The notes under the pieces: generated by a model
The model's database searches: none
What the model saw: only the letters and a program-made list of their open reading frames with translations
What the model was told of the DNA's origin: nothing
Source: Nostoc sp.
GTDB lineage: Bacteria > Cyanobacteriota > Cyanobacteriia > Cyanobacteriales > Nostocaceae
Length of the DNA stretch: 64,000 nt
Direction of reading: 5' to 3'
Assembly (NCBI RefSeq): GCF_035638895.1
Contig: NZ_DASQZC010000559.1
Coordinates: forward strand, 2,302-66,301
Made by a program: the position numbers and the translations under genes
In this document: positions 38,927 through 48,906 of the stretch, in pieces
Layout: each line of letters opens with the position of its first letter
Numbering within the stretch: the first letter of the stretch is position 1

Positions 38927-39715
38927 ATGCAGCACGTAAACGAAACGCCATTATTACAAAAACAAGCCCAAAATATTTCTCTTGAGTCCGAACTATTTAG
39001 CATTCCTATGGGGGACTACCAAAAGTTTTACTGTCAGCGATTCCTAAAGGCGACAAAACTTGACTACACAATGGCGGGTCATCCATCGAGTGCTTTTTGG
39101 GTTATCAATTCTATCAAAGTTAATGAGAGTGAAAAAGACACGCACTTTCTATTTGTTTCAGAGGGCGAAGTCACCCTCAACAGCACTAACGGAGAGTTTT
39201 TATTGCGAAAAAACTGCTTTGCCGCAGTTCCGGGAAACTTTTCTTTAGATGGTACAGCCCAAGTGTTAGTTGCAACGCGACTCAACTACACTGGACTTTT
39301 CACAATTGGGGGGCCTATTGAACCATTAGGGCGATTGAATTACATTGATGGCTGCTCTTCAACGGTTCTGATTAATCCTTTAAGACGTGGAGAACCCTGC
39401 TTGAATTTCCTCCACGTTCCTCCAGGTGTATCACAAACTCCCCATACCCATCCGTCATTGCGGATTGGGCTTGTCGCTGCGGGTAGTGGAACTTGTCAGG
39501 TGGATGAAGGAACATTCAAAATGGAGCCGGGAACGGTCTTCTGTCTTCCAGAAAACAAGTTACATAGCTTCAGTGCGATTGATGATTCCTTAAGAATCAT
39601 TATCTATCATCCAGATTCTGATGTAGGCCCAACTGATGATTCTCATACGATGCTGAATAATACTTTTGTTGGAGAAAAGTCAGCTAAAGTTCTGGATGCG
39701 ATTAGAACAAAATAA
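38927..39715 (+). CDS. cupin-domain protein
   Basis: 262 aa with a cupin metal motif context (PHTHPSLRIGLV ... LHSF). About 400 bp of very A+T-rich DNA lies upstream. Confidence 0.65.
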   Translation: MQHVNETPLLQKQAQNISLESELFSIPMGDYQKFYCQRFLKATKLDYTMAGHPSSAFWVINSIKVNESEKDTHFLFVSEGEVTLNSTNGEFLLRKNCFAAVPGNFSLDGTAQVLVATRLNYTGLFTIGGPIEPLGRLNYIDGCSSTVLINPLRRGEPCLNFLHVPPGVSQTPHTHPSLRIGLVAAGSGTCQVDEGTFKMEPGTVFCLPENKLHSFSAIDDSLRIIIYHPDSDVGPTDDSHTMLNNTFVGEKSAKVLDAIRTK

Positions 39716-39865
39716 CCACGCTTATCAGGCTTGCCTTTTCATTTGAGTATTGTAAAGGCAATTTTGTATTATTGATAGCAGTTTTCACATCAGTGGAACA
39801 CAACTTTTATTAAATGAGCATCCCTGATTTATGCAACTATAAACCACTATATACCTGTTCTAGGA

Positions 39866-40918
39866 GTGCTGATGATTTTGCTAACAAGCGATACTGAAAC
39901 AAAGCCGACACAGGCGATGCGACAGGCGATCGCCACTGCTGAAGTTGGAGATGAGCAAAAAGGAGAAGATCCGACCGTTAACCAACTAATAGAACGGGTT
40001 GCAGATTTACTAGGCAAAGAAGCCGCTCTTTTCTTTGCCTGTGGAACCATTTGCAACTTTGTGGCAATCAAGACCCATACCCGCCCTGCTGATGTAGTGC
40101 TAGTAGAACAGATGGCACACATTATTCGAGCTGAATCGGGGGGTGCAGCGATGACTTCTGGTGTACTGATGGAACCGATTGCAAGCGAACGGGGAATTTT
40201 TACAGTCAATGCTCTGGCTCAATCACTTGAAAGAGTCGCAACTGCTCCTTACCTTTACTCTGCAATTCCCCGCTTGTTGTGTGTAGAGCAAACCCACAAT
40301 TTTGGAGGGGGTTCGGTTTGGCGGCTCAATGAACTACGTGAGGTTTGCGAGTTCTCCCGTCAAAAAGGTTTAGCTACCCACATGGACGGGGCACGACTTT
40401 TAAATGCAGTTGTTGCATCTCAAACTCCAGCAAAGGATTTTGCTGCCTGTGTTGATTCTGTCTGGATTGACTTTACTAAAGGACTAGGCGCACCAATCGG
40501 TGCTGTTCTTGCAGGTACACGGGAATTTATTGCTGAAGCACGTCGATATAAACACATTTTTGGTGGCGCAATGCGTCAAGCTGGCATTGTCGCAGCAGGT
40601 TGTCTCTATGCACTTGACCATCATGTTGAACGTCTACAAGAAGACCACGACAACGCAACTTATCTCGCTCAAAGACTGAGTGAAATCGAGGGAATTACAG
40701 TTCAAGATCCAAAACCTGAGACAAACATTGTTTTCTTTGATGTTTCAAGATTAGGACTCGACAAAGCCATGTTTCTCACTCTGTTACAGCAGGGTGGTGT
40801 GAAAATGGGAGCCGTTGGTCATTCTATTCGGGCAGTTACTCATTTAGATGTTACGCGGGCTGATATCGATTTTGCGGTTGATGCTATTTCCAGAGTTGCG
40901 AAATCCTCATGGCACTAA
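39866..40918 (+). CDS. low-specificity threonine aldolase (PLP-dependent, beta-eliminating lyase fold)
   Basis: 350 aa with the N-terminal SDTETKPTQAMRQAIATAEVGDEQKGEDPTVNQL pattern typical of LtaE/GLY1 and a PLP-Lys region (DFTKGLGAP). Confidence 0.8.
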   Translation: MLMILLTSDTETKPTQAMRQAIATAEVGDEQKGEDPTVNQLIERVADLLGKEAALFFACGTICNFVAIKTHTRPADVVLVEQMAHIIRAESGGAAMTSGVLMEPIASERGIFTVNALAQSLERVATAPYLYSAIPRLLCVEQTHNFGGGSVWRLNELREVCEFSRQKGLATHMDGARLLNAVVASQTPAKDFAACVDSVWIDFTKGLGAPIGAVLAGTREFIAEARRYKHIFGGAMRQAGIVAAGCLYALDHHVERLQEDHDNATYLAQRLSEIEGITVQDPKPETNIVFFDVSRLGLDKAMFLTLLQQGGVKMGAVGHSIRAVTHLDVTRADIDFAVDAISRVAKSSWH

Positions 40919-41153
40919 GCTAAGGCAGATCGATGAGTACTCGCACATTGCCAAAATTATCAGATTATACTGTGAGTTTAGGATTACTATCAATTTATAT
41001 TTTTTGGGAAGCCGGAATAAATTATCAACAAATAATTACTAATTCGTAATTTCATGTCTGCTTGATTACTTATTAAACCCAGAGAAGCCGACCCCCCCAA
41101 AGGCTAACGCACCCTAGTACCGTAGCAAGACTAAATTTGTAGATTAGATTTAT

Positions 41154-41195
41154 GGTGTAATAGCTAAAGGCTCATAGTTGCATAGCTATTACACC
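41154..41195 (+). terminator. Perfect 13-bp hairpin after the aldolase gene
   Basis: GGTGTAATAGCTA ... TAGCTATTACACC followed by ATTTTAT. Confidence 0.6.
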
Positions 41196-41257
41196 ATTTT
41201 ATCCTTGCCACGCCACTACAAGAGAGCTAAAGTCTAGATTTTTAAAAGAGGTGAACT

Positions 41258-42250
41258 ATGAGTATTTTTAAAGTTGAAGTTGTCAAAATCAACAGCATTA
41301 ATCCTCATCCCAATGCTGATAGATTAGATATTGTCTCTATCGAAAATATGGGATATCAAGTAATTATAGCCAAAGGTAAGCTTCACGCTGGAGATTTGGC
41401 TTTTTATTTTCCTATTGATAGTGTTATTCCAGAAAAGTTTTTGGATGAGTTTGGTATTCGTAACTACTACTCGAAAAAACTGTATGCTGCCAAACTTCGC
41501 GGAATTTTCTCTGAGGGTTTGCTTATTCCTGTTGGTAATAATTTTATGGGAAATGTCGGAGACGACTATACGGAGTATTTTGGCGTAACAAAGTACGAAT
41601 ATCCAATTCCTCAAGGGATGAGTGGGGAAGTAGAAAGTTTTGTTGGACATTACAAATTCCCCAGCCCAGAAAACCTGAAACGTTACAAAAATATACTAAT
41701 TGGAGGTGAAGAAGTTGTTGTAACAGAGAAGTTGCATGGAACTAACTTCACTGTCTTAATTGATGCTGACGGCAAGACTAAAATTGGCAGCCATAATTAC
41801 TTCTGGAAAAACAGCGAAGTCAACAAAAAATTAGTTTATATTCGTGCTTACAACGAAAATGAAGCTTTGCAGAAACTTCCGCCAAGAACTCAGATTTTTG
41901 GGGAAATCTACGGCGTACAAGATATCAAATATGGCTTGAATAATGGCAATATTGGAATTGCTATATTTGCTGTGCGTCGCGGCAGTTATTTTCTTAATCA
42001 CAGCGATTTTGTGGCTTTTTGCGAGGAATTTGCTTTGCCGAGAGTGCCTGTGCTTTATATCGGTGCTTACACTTGGGAAGCAGTATCTCAGTTCAATAAT
42101 GCAAATAGTGTAGTCAGTCCCAATTGCATCATGGAAGGCGTTGTTGTGCAACCGACTATTGAGAAAACGCATCCAGAAATAGGTAGAGTAGTCTTGAAGT
42201 TGATTAGCGATCGCTATCTGCTCCGTAAGGATGGAACTGAACTTCATTAG
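41258..42250 (+). CDS. ATP-dependent RNA ligase, DRB0094/Rnl5-like, with N-terminal OB (tRNA-binding-type) module
   Basis: 330 aa. The N-terminus (INSINPHPNADRLDIVSI) resembles the tRNA-binding OB fold. The nucleotidyltransferase motif I is EKLHGTN, with the Lys codon at 41729-41731. Confidence 0.7.
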   Translation: MSIFKVEVVKINSINPHPNADRLDIVSIENMGYQVIIAKGKLHAGDLAFYFPIDSVIPEKFLDEFGIRNYYSKKLYAAKLRGIFSEGLLIPVGNNFMGNVGDDYTEYFGVTKYEYPIPQGMSGEVESFVGHYKFPSPENLKRYKNILIGGEEVVVTEKLHGTNFTVLIDADGKTKIGSHNYFWKNSEVNKKLVYIRAYNENEALQKLPPRTQIFGEIYGVQDIKYGLNNGNIGIAIFAVRRGSYFLNHSDFVAFCEEFALPRVPVLYIGAYTWEAVSQFNNANSVVSPNCIMEGVVVQPTIEKTHPEIGRVVLKLISDRYLLRKDGTELH

Positions 42251-42316
42251 GTTCAACTCGACTTTTGGTGGCGACACCTTAACTGAACTTCCGAAATCGA
42301 CTTACAAATTCTTCTC

Positions 42317-43816
42317 TCAAGGTAGCCACCGGGGTCGAAATCCGGTTAAGGGGAGTTGTTCTGGTCTAATTTCAACAGTCGCAGCATCAGCGATGGGCAA
42401 CAAAGGCATTAACCACAGACTACTAGTAGCAATAACATCTCCATCGTCAGTTTTCAAAGTGTTTGTAGGTAATGATGCTGGGGGGTTTGTCTGTGGTACT
42501 ACTTGATCAAATAACAAGCCCAAACCGTCAGCAGATAAACTCATTTGCACATTCCGTTGATCGGGAGGCAGTACTAGCAGTGGTTTCTGTTGCCCGGTTT
42601 TCAGATCAATTGCCACCACATAAGGCTGTTCGATGTATTGTTCTTTGGATACTAGCTGTGTCAGCAAGCAGTAGAGGGTGGGTGAGGCAATATCAAATTG
42701 GCAGCTGACAATTGAGCCTGTTGTTTTTAATAGTTGTTTCTGCACACCTTGGTTTGTCACTAAAAACAAATCTCGTGTGTAATCTGTATTAAACTTTACC
42801 ATTACTGCTTGAGAGCCATCTTTAGAGAAAGCCTGTACCAAACCAAACTGCGGCAGAAAATCTAGGGGTTTCCTGGCATCACCTTGCAGTGGTAGGATAG
42901 CTGCTCCCTGTCCTTGGGCAACTGCTACGGCTTGACTATCTGGTGTGATCATAAAGTCTCCCCCAGGTTGGCTTTCCAGACGTTTAACGATGGGCTTTTC
43001 TGCTGAACCGTTACTGGTTGCAGGCATAAACCATAGCCCAAAGTCACCGGGATTAGTTTTATTGCCGCGTTGAATCACAATAGTTTGCCCATCAGGTGAT
43101 AAGTCAAATTTCAGGTTTTGATAATCTTTACTATCTAAAACTAAGTCAACTTTGCCTGCTGGTTCTACTTCTTGTCCAGATTTACCAGGAACACCTGTTG
43201 TCACTGTGTACAGTTGAGCTGAAAGTAAGTCTTGGTTCTTAGCCGCACGAGCCGAAAATAAAATTTTTCCCCCATCAGGAAAGGACTCAAAGTCCATTAC
43301 TATCAGGTCTTGAGGGGTAAGTAGCCTTTTTTGCTCTTGGGTTAAGTTGTAAAGAACTAATCGTCCCTGTTCTTCTTTATCGGTTCCTATATAAAGGATG
43401 ACGCGATCGCGTGTACGAAAGCTACCAACAAAGGGCTGTATCACCCGATTTTTGCCTTCCTGCTGGGCAAATTTATCTTTGGCTCCCTGTAACTGCACTT
43501 TATAATTTGTGCCATAAGGTGCTGGTGTTACCAGTGTATAAACCATCCGCCGCCCAGCCCAACTGAACTTACCTGCTAGGGGTGGCTCGATTTTCAAGTT
43601 ATCCTCTACGCTTTTTACTTCCATTGGGCGGCTGAAGGTGAGGGTGAAAGAATTATCTTCTGCCCCAATTTGCTGATTTTGCCAGGTAAAGTCCCGGACA
43701 CGAGCAGTCACCACATCACCTTGCAATATAATTAACCCAATCAGCGCACTTAGCAGTAGCATTAGTGCGATCGCTATCCGATCTAGTGGTTGAATAAATG
43801 CTTTAGATTTTGTCAT
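42317..43816 (-). CDS. periplasmic/anchored protein, beta-propeller-like (hypothetical)
   Basis: 499 aa with an N-terminal TM anchor and repeated DG/beta-strand-rich segments reminiscent of TolB-like propellers. The start codon lies inside an STRR array. Confidence 0.6.
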   Translation of the reverse strand: MTKSKAFIQPLDRIAIALMLLLSALIGLIILQGDVVTARVRDFTWQNQQIGAEDNSFTLTFSRPMEVKSVEDNLKIEPPLAGKFSWAGRRMVYTLVTPAPYGTNYKVQLQGAKDKFAQQEGKNRVIQPFVGSFRTRDRVILYIGTDKEEQGRLVLYNLTQEQKRLLTPQDLIVMDFESFPDGGKILFSARAAKNQDLLSAQLYTVTTGVPGKSGQEVEPAGKVDLVLDSKDYQNLKFDLSPDGQTIVIQRGNKTNPGDFGLWFMPATSNGSAEKPIVKRLESQPGGDFMITPDSQAVAVAQGQGAAILPLQGDARKPLDFLPQFGLVQAFSKDGSQAVMVKFNTDYTRDLFLVTNQGVQKQLLKTTGSIVSCQFDIASPTLYCLLTQLVSKEQYIEQPYVVAIDLKTGQQKPLLVLPPDQRNVQMSLSADGLGLLFDQVVPQTNPPASLPTNTLKTDDGDVIATSSLWLMPLLPIADAATVEIRPEQLPLTGFRPRWLP

Positions 43817-43870
43817 TTGTCATTTGTCATTGGTCATTAGTCATTGGTCATCAACAAATGACTAATAACT
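43810..43870. repeat. STRR array forming the whole spacer between two genes
   Basis: TGTCATTTGTCATTTGTCATTGGTCATTAGTCATTGGTCATCAACAAATGACTAAT. Confidence 0.85.
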
Positions 43871-44635
43871 ATAAGGATTTTGGGGTTGAGGAATCTTTTT
43901 GAGAGAGGTAGCGGCAATGGTAAGTTGGCGTTTACCTGCCAAATTTTCTGTTACCATTTGTCCTTCTACTTCCAACCAGGTATCAGGGGAATAAGTTTCT
44001 TGATTGTTTGGGAGTTTGACGGGTAATCCTACAGGGTAAGCATCTGCTGCACAGCAAGTTAAGACAAATCGCGCTAAGAACAAATATTCTTTTCCGATAT
44101 CTGGCGGGTGGATAACAAATCCCTCCACCTTGACTTTTTGCCCTGTATATGTATCTGGTTCTGGATAGACATTGACAGTGCGTACCCAGTCTACAAGCGA
44201 TCGCTCCTCTGGAAGAACAGTAGCTCGAAAGGCTTGGGGTTTGATGCGTGTGGTTCCCAATAAATCAGCCGTCACACCCCTTTGGAGTGCTTTGTCACTA
44301 GCAAAAACTTGCGGTGTAATGATAAAACCTAGAATTGCTGTAGTTAATAACAAAGTACTGCCCCAACCAGGGGGAAATAAACTAATATGCTGGTTATTTG
44401 ACGTAACATCACGGCGACGCCTTTGCCAAAGTTCCTGCATTTTAAATAAACCCATAATGATGAAGCTGATACCAGTCACGACCACCAACCAAATGTAATT
44501 TGGGTGAATTAACAAGTTCAGCTTGTTGGTTAGCCAATATCTCAACATCAAAATTCCCCAAGCTGTAATTGCTACAGCATCCAGCCAAGGGAATAACAGA
44601 TTAGGAATTTTAGATTTGGAATTTCTGTTAGCCAT
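43862..44635 (-). CDS. TIGR03943/DUF1980-family membrane protein (partner of COG0701 permease)
   Basis: 257 aa with N-terminal TM segments and the C-terminal conserved LTCCAADA motif. Confidence 0.7.
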   Translation of the reverse strand: MANRNSKSKIPNLLFPWLDAVAITAWGILMLRYWLTNKLNLLIHPNYIWLVVVTGISFIIMGLFKMQELWQRRRRDVTSNNQHISLFPPGWGSTLLLTTAILGFIITPQVFASDKALQRGVTADLLGTTRIKPQAFRATVLPEERSLVDWVRTVNVYPEPDTYTGQKVKVEGFVIHPPDIGKEYLFLARFVLTCCAADAYPVGLPVKLPNNQETYSPDTWLEVEGQMVTENLAGKRQLTIAATSLKKIPQPQNPYSY

Positions 44636-44713
44636 TAATTATTAGTCGTTGGTCGTTAGTCATTGATCATTAGTCATTAACAAAGGACAAATGACAAATC
44701 ACTAATATTTTTT

Positions 44714-45781
44714 TTAAAAGACGTGCAAATTCAGAAACAGGGTGAATATAAATGTCAATTGTGCTGCTAAAGTAAATAAGTAAAAAATCGTTTTGGGCTT
44801 AAAAATAGATAACATCAAACCAACACTTTTGATGTCAATCATTGGACCAAACACCAGAAATGCCAACAACGAACCACTGCTAAAGGTTGAGGCAAAAGAT
44901 AGTGCAAAGAAAGAATCGACTGTAGAACAAATTGACACCACTACTGCTAATATCAGCATGACCACAATTGAAGTAATGGGCCCAGCACCCAAACTGAGAA
45001 TTAATTCACGGGGAGCTAGCACTTGAATAGCAGCAGCGATCGCACTTCCTAAAATCATCACTCCGCCTAATTCTCGCAATTCTTGGATGCTATTATCCAC
45101 AACTAGGCGCAGTTTAGCTGCAAGCGGTTTATCGGAGGTAGAGATTAAAGTAGGCGGTACCAAATTCGCATCTATCCGCATAGGTATACTTGCTTTTCCT
45201 CCTAAAATATAAGTCCCGGATTGTAACAGATTCGGAACTGTTGCTTCCTGTTCTACTTGGTAACGTTTACTACGGCGTTTAGTTTCAGGCTGCGCGGGCG
45301 GATTAAACTTCATATACCGAGCGATCGCAGGTTGGATTATAGGATTTAAGTCCTTTTGAAAACTGAAAACAAACCCGATAATTGTGGCAATTGCAAGAGA
45401 AAATACGACTCGTAATACTACTATTTCTGGCTGATCTCGAAATGCTGTCCAAGTTGACCAAATTACAACTGGGTTAATTGTTGGTGCTGCTAGCAAAAAA
45501 CCAATTGCGACTGGTGTGGGTACTCCCTGAATTAGGAACCGCCGGGCTACCGGTACATTCCCGCACTCACACACCGGAAATAAAAAGCCGATCATGCTGC
45601 CAACTAAAGCACCCAGCAACGGATTTTTGGGCATTTTTTCTACTAATTTGCGCTCATCAACAAAAAACAGCAGCAAACTGGAGAATAAAACCCCAAGAAG
45701 CAAAAAAGGCATCGCCTCGACTAGCAGACTTAGAAATATAGTAAAACCATTGTTCAGTTGATTCATGGGCGTCGCAGTCAA
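44714..45781 (-). CDS. COG0701-type permease
   Basis: 355 aa, polytopic, with the PVCECGNVP motif. Confidence 0.75.
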   Translation of the reverse strand: MTATPMNQLNNGFTIFLSLLVEAMPFLLLGVLFSSLLLFFVDERKLVEKMPKNPLLGALVGSMIGFLFPVCECGNVPVARRFLIQGVPTPVAIGFLLAAPTINPVVIWSTWTAFRDQPEIVVLRVVFSLAIATIIGFVFSFQKDLNPIIQPAIARYMKFNPPAQPETKRRSKRYQVEQEATVPNLLQSGTYILGGKASIPMRIDANLVPPTLISTSDKPLAAKLRLVVDNSIQELRELGGVMILGSAIAAAIQVLAPRELILSLGAGPITSIVVMLILAVVVSICSTVDSFFALSFASTFSSGSLLAFLVFGPMIDIKSVGLMLSIFKPKTIFYLFTLAAQLTFIFTLFLNLHVF

Positions 45782-46682
45782 AAGCGGTTTTTAGTTTTAG
45801 GGTTCTGCCTAGTCATTCTATCGAAATGGGGATCAAAAGCAGTTCGGGAAAATTAAACATTATTTAAGTAGCAAGTTATCCTACGTTTTAAGTAGCGTTT
45901 AAGCGCTATAAACCTTTGCTTCAGCCAAGATAGTGATATTTACCTGAGTGCATTTACTGACGATGACCATTTCTAAGATTGTCTAAGTTCAGAAATTGTT
46001 CCGATCTAGATGGCAAGTAGCTGCATAGATGATTTGAAGTTATCTATGTTTATACTTACAGTAATTTGCTGGAGAAGATATTAGCTCGGCTGTATTTTCA
46101 TCAAGGATTTACACTTATTCAACAATTGGGGTAGGCGTAGCCCGCACTTCTCTACGTTCGCGCAGCGTGTCGCAGACAGACGCTGCGCGTAGCTTGCTTC
46201 CACAAAGTGGTACGACAAGCTCAGTGACCATCGTAGACATCGCTCTTGGTTGCTACCATCATTGAATTTCGCTAGTTCTGGCAAAATATAGTCTAAGCTC
46301 TGGTTGATTTTTTACTATAAAAACTCTAAAAATGCAATATTAAAGTTTAGCAAACACAATAAATGATTGGGGAAATCTTTCGGCGTTAGCGATCGCCAGA
46401 ATTTCTACATGACGTGAAAAGCGAGCGATAGCGAGTCAAAGAAGACGAAAAGGGGCACGGAGCAGGGGGGAAACCCTATAAATTTAGGGGCTTCCCTCAA
46501 CATTGGCTCGACCTGCGAAGTTTTGCTCAAATGGAGTTTGTTGTTGTGACGACGTTCAACAAGTGCCGTATATTCGTCACGAGGTCGCAACTTGATCTTT
46601 CGAAGAGCAGTTTTAGCAGAAGTACAATTAATCCTTACTGCTTTAGCAGCACAATAACCGCACAATTATAGGTTGTCTTTTT

Positions 46683-47273
46683 ATGCAGTTAGAAACACAA
46701 AAATTCTATTACACACCTGAAGAGTATTTAGAAATTGAAGAAAAAGCAGAATATAAAAGCGAATACCGTAATGGAGAAATTGTACCGATGACGGGTGGCA
46801 CTACAAATCATAATAAAATTGCTTTGAATTTAGCTGCATCCTTAAAAATTGCTTTAAGGCGCAAAACTTATGATGTTTATATTGGTGATGTGCGTTTGTG
46901 GATACCCCGTTATCGGCAGCATACGTATCCTGATGTGATGGTGATTGAGGGACAGCCTATTTATACGGGAACCAGCACAACAACGGTTATGAACCCAATG
47001 TTAATTGCTGAAGTTTTATCTAAATCGACTAAAAATTATGACCAAGGCGATAAGTTTCTTTATTATCGCTCTATTTCAGAATTCAAGGAATATATTTTAA
47101 TTGATCAATATCAATATCATATAATGCAGTATGTAAAAACTGCGGAAAGTCAATGGTTATTTACTGAACTTGAACATGAATCTGCAATTTTATCATTGCA
47201 AACAGTTGATTTTCAAATTGAATTGCGCGACCTTTATGAGCAAGTCAATTTTGCAGAAAATAATGATGATTAA
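46683..47273 (+). CDS. Uma2-family (DUF820) restriction-endonuclease-fold protein
   Basis: 196 aa with the typical YTPEEYLEIEEKAEYKSEYRNGEI...PDVMV...EVLS pattern. Confidence 0.8.
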   Translation: MQLETQKFYYTPEEYLEIEEKAEYKSEYRNGEIVPMTGGTTNHNKIALNLAASLKIALRRKTYDVYIGDVRLWIPRYRQHTYPDVMVIEGQPIYTGTSTTTVMNPMLIAEVLSKSTKNYDQGDKFLYYRSISEFKEYILIDQYQYHIMQYVKTAESQWLFTELEHESAILSLQTVDFQIELRDLYEQVNFAENNDD

Positions 47274-47361
47274 GAAAAAAACCTCCCATTCACCCCAGAT
47301 GCTGGCTCATACAATAAAATTAACTTGGAATTATTTAACGATTAGCTACCAAAGTTCTTCA

Positions 47362-47937
47362 CTAAATTTGTGTTTCTTCCTCGGTAAAGATAGGAGGCCA
47401 CAATTCAGTAATGGGCAATTCCCAACCGGGAAAAAGTTCTGGTATAGTTAAAATCTCGCCATTTTGTAAAACTGTAGGTTCGCCTGTAGAGCGATAAATT
47501 GTAACTGTCTCTTCATCAGGATCAATCAAAATGCCGACGATCGCTCCTAGTTCTATAAATTTCAGAATTTTGGCTGCTATAAGTTTAATTTTATCGCTCT
47601 GAGATTTAATTTCTACCACCAAGTCAGGGACAAGTTCTCCAAAGTAACGAGGACTTTGGAGAAGTCGGGAAGCGCGGACAAAGGAAACATCGGGTGCTTT
47701 GAGGTTTGTATCTGGCATGATGAAACCGCCAGCAGAATCAAATACTCTTCCCCAGCGACGAGGATTTATCCAAGCAAAGAGAAAGGCGATGAGACGACTA
47801 CTAATTTCGCTGGATACAATATCTGACGGGCCCATTATTGAAATTTTCCCATTTTCGAGTTCCAGCTGGTAATCTAAACCTGCTTCGGTAAAAGCGGTTT
47901 GAACTTGCTCTAAATCTCTGACTGTCATCATTGACAT
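47362..47937 (-). CDS. Uma2-family (DUF820) restriction-endonuclease-fold protein
   Basis: 191 aa with ...PDVSF...PDLVVEIKSQSD..., convergent with the other Uma2 gene. Confidence 0.8.
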   Translation of the reverse strand: MSMMTVRDLEQVQTAFTEAGLDYQLELENGKISIMGPSDIVSSEISSRLIAFLFAWINPRRWGRVFDSAGGFIMPDTNLKAPDVSFVRASRLLQSPRYFGELVPDLVVEIKSQSDKIKLIAAKILKFIELGAIVGILIDPDEETVTIYRSTGEPTVLQNGEILTIPELFPGWELPITELWPPIFTEEETQI

Positions 47938-48123
47938 AAAAAGTTTTTTCCACTAGGATTTGCAACTCGATTTTAACAAGAGCCAAATTTTTGAAGATTT
48001 GGCACGGTGTGCGAATTTCTCTCAAACCTAAGCCTCAAAGCGTTCCCTAGCAGCAAATCAGAGCAAGAATAAAAGCCTCTCTCCCTGTGTGGGAGAGCTT
48101 TGGAGCATAAAGCCAATCGCACT

Positions 48124-48906
48124 CTATTTTCCCAAATAAGCTTCTAGAACTTTGGGATTAGTTTGAATTTCTGCGGGTGTACCGTCAGCCAAATTTTGTC
48201 CTTCAGCAAGTACCCAAACACGATCGCATAAGGACATAATCACATCCATATTGTGTTCAATAATCAAAAAAGTCATCCCATCTTGACGGTTCCAATTGAT
48301 AATGCGATCGCAAATATCATCAATCAATTTTGGATTCACCCCAGCAGCTGGCTCATCTAACAAAATTAACTTGGGATTAGTCATTAACGCCCGTCCCATT
48401 TCCAGCAGCTTGCGTTGTCCACCAGACAAGCAACCAGCGTAATCGTGTGCTTTTTTTGCCAAGCCTACGGATTCTAATAGGAACATTGCCCGCTCTTGCA
48501 GTTGCTTTTCTTCTTTAGCTACGATGTGCGGTTGCAACTGCACTTGCCAAAAGTTCTCACCCGTTTGTTTTTGCGCCGCCAGCAGCATATTTTCTAGCAC
48601 CGACAACCGCGAGAGAGTCCGCGCAACTTGAAAAGTGCGGATTACTCCCTGCTGGGCAATTTGATATGGTTGCAAATTATGAATCGGTTCACCGTCAAAA
48701 ATCACTCGTCCCTTATCTGGACGGATGAAGTTTGAGAGTAAGTTAAATAAAGTAGTTTTACCAGCACCATTAGGGCCAATCAAACCCGTAATGCTGCCTT
48801 TAGCAACTTCGATTTTCGCCTCATTAACTGCTTTGATACCACCAAAGCTTTTAGAAAGTCCAGTAGCTACCAGAAGGGGAAGTGGCGATGACTGGTTATT
48901 TACCAA
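48124..48906 (-). CDS. ABC transporter ATP-binding protein (LivG/NatA-like)
   Basis: 260 aa with Walker A GPNGAGKTT, signature LSGGQRK and Walker B LILLDEP. It overlaps the upstream permease gene by 11 nt. Confidence 0.92.
   Translation of the reverse strand: MVNNQSSPLPLLVATGLSKSFGGIKAVNEAKIEVAKGSITGLIGPNGAGKTTLFNLLSNFIRPDKGRVIFDGEPIHNLQPYQIAQQGVIRTFQVARTLSRLSVLENMLLAAQKQTGENFWQVQLQPHIVAKEEKQLQERAMFLLESVGLAKKAHDYAGCLSGGQRKLLEMGRALMTNPKLILLDEPAAGVNPKLIDDICDRIINWNRQDGMTFLIIEHNMDVIMSLCDRVWVLAEGQNLADGTPAEIQTNPKVLEAYLGK

Noticed and set aside
41324-42277. Antisense ORFs 41324..41650 and 41831..42277 within the RNA ligase gene
   Set aside because: They are shadow ORFs in an A+T-rich gene. The plus-strand frame carries the OB and KxHGxN ligase motifs.
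46081-46665. ORFs 46081..46284 (-) and 46405..46665 (-)
   Set aside because: They span dispersed-repeat and palindromic sequence, have odd composition, and lack ribosome-binding sites. They are treated as non-coding.
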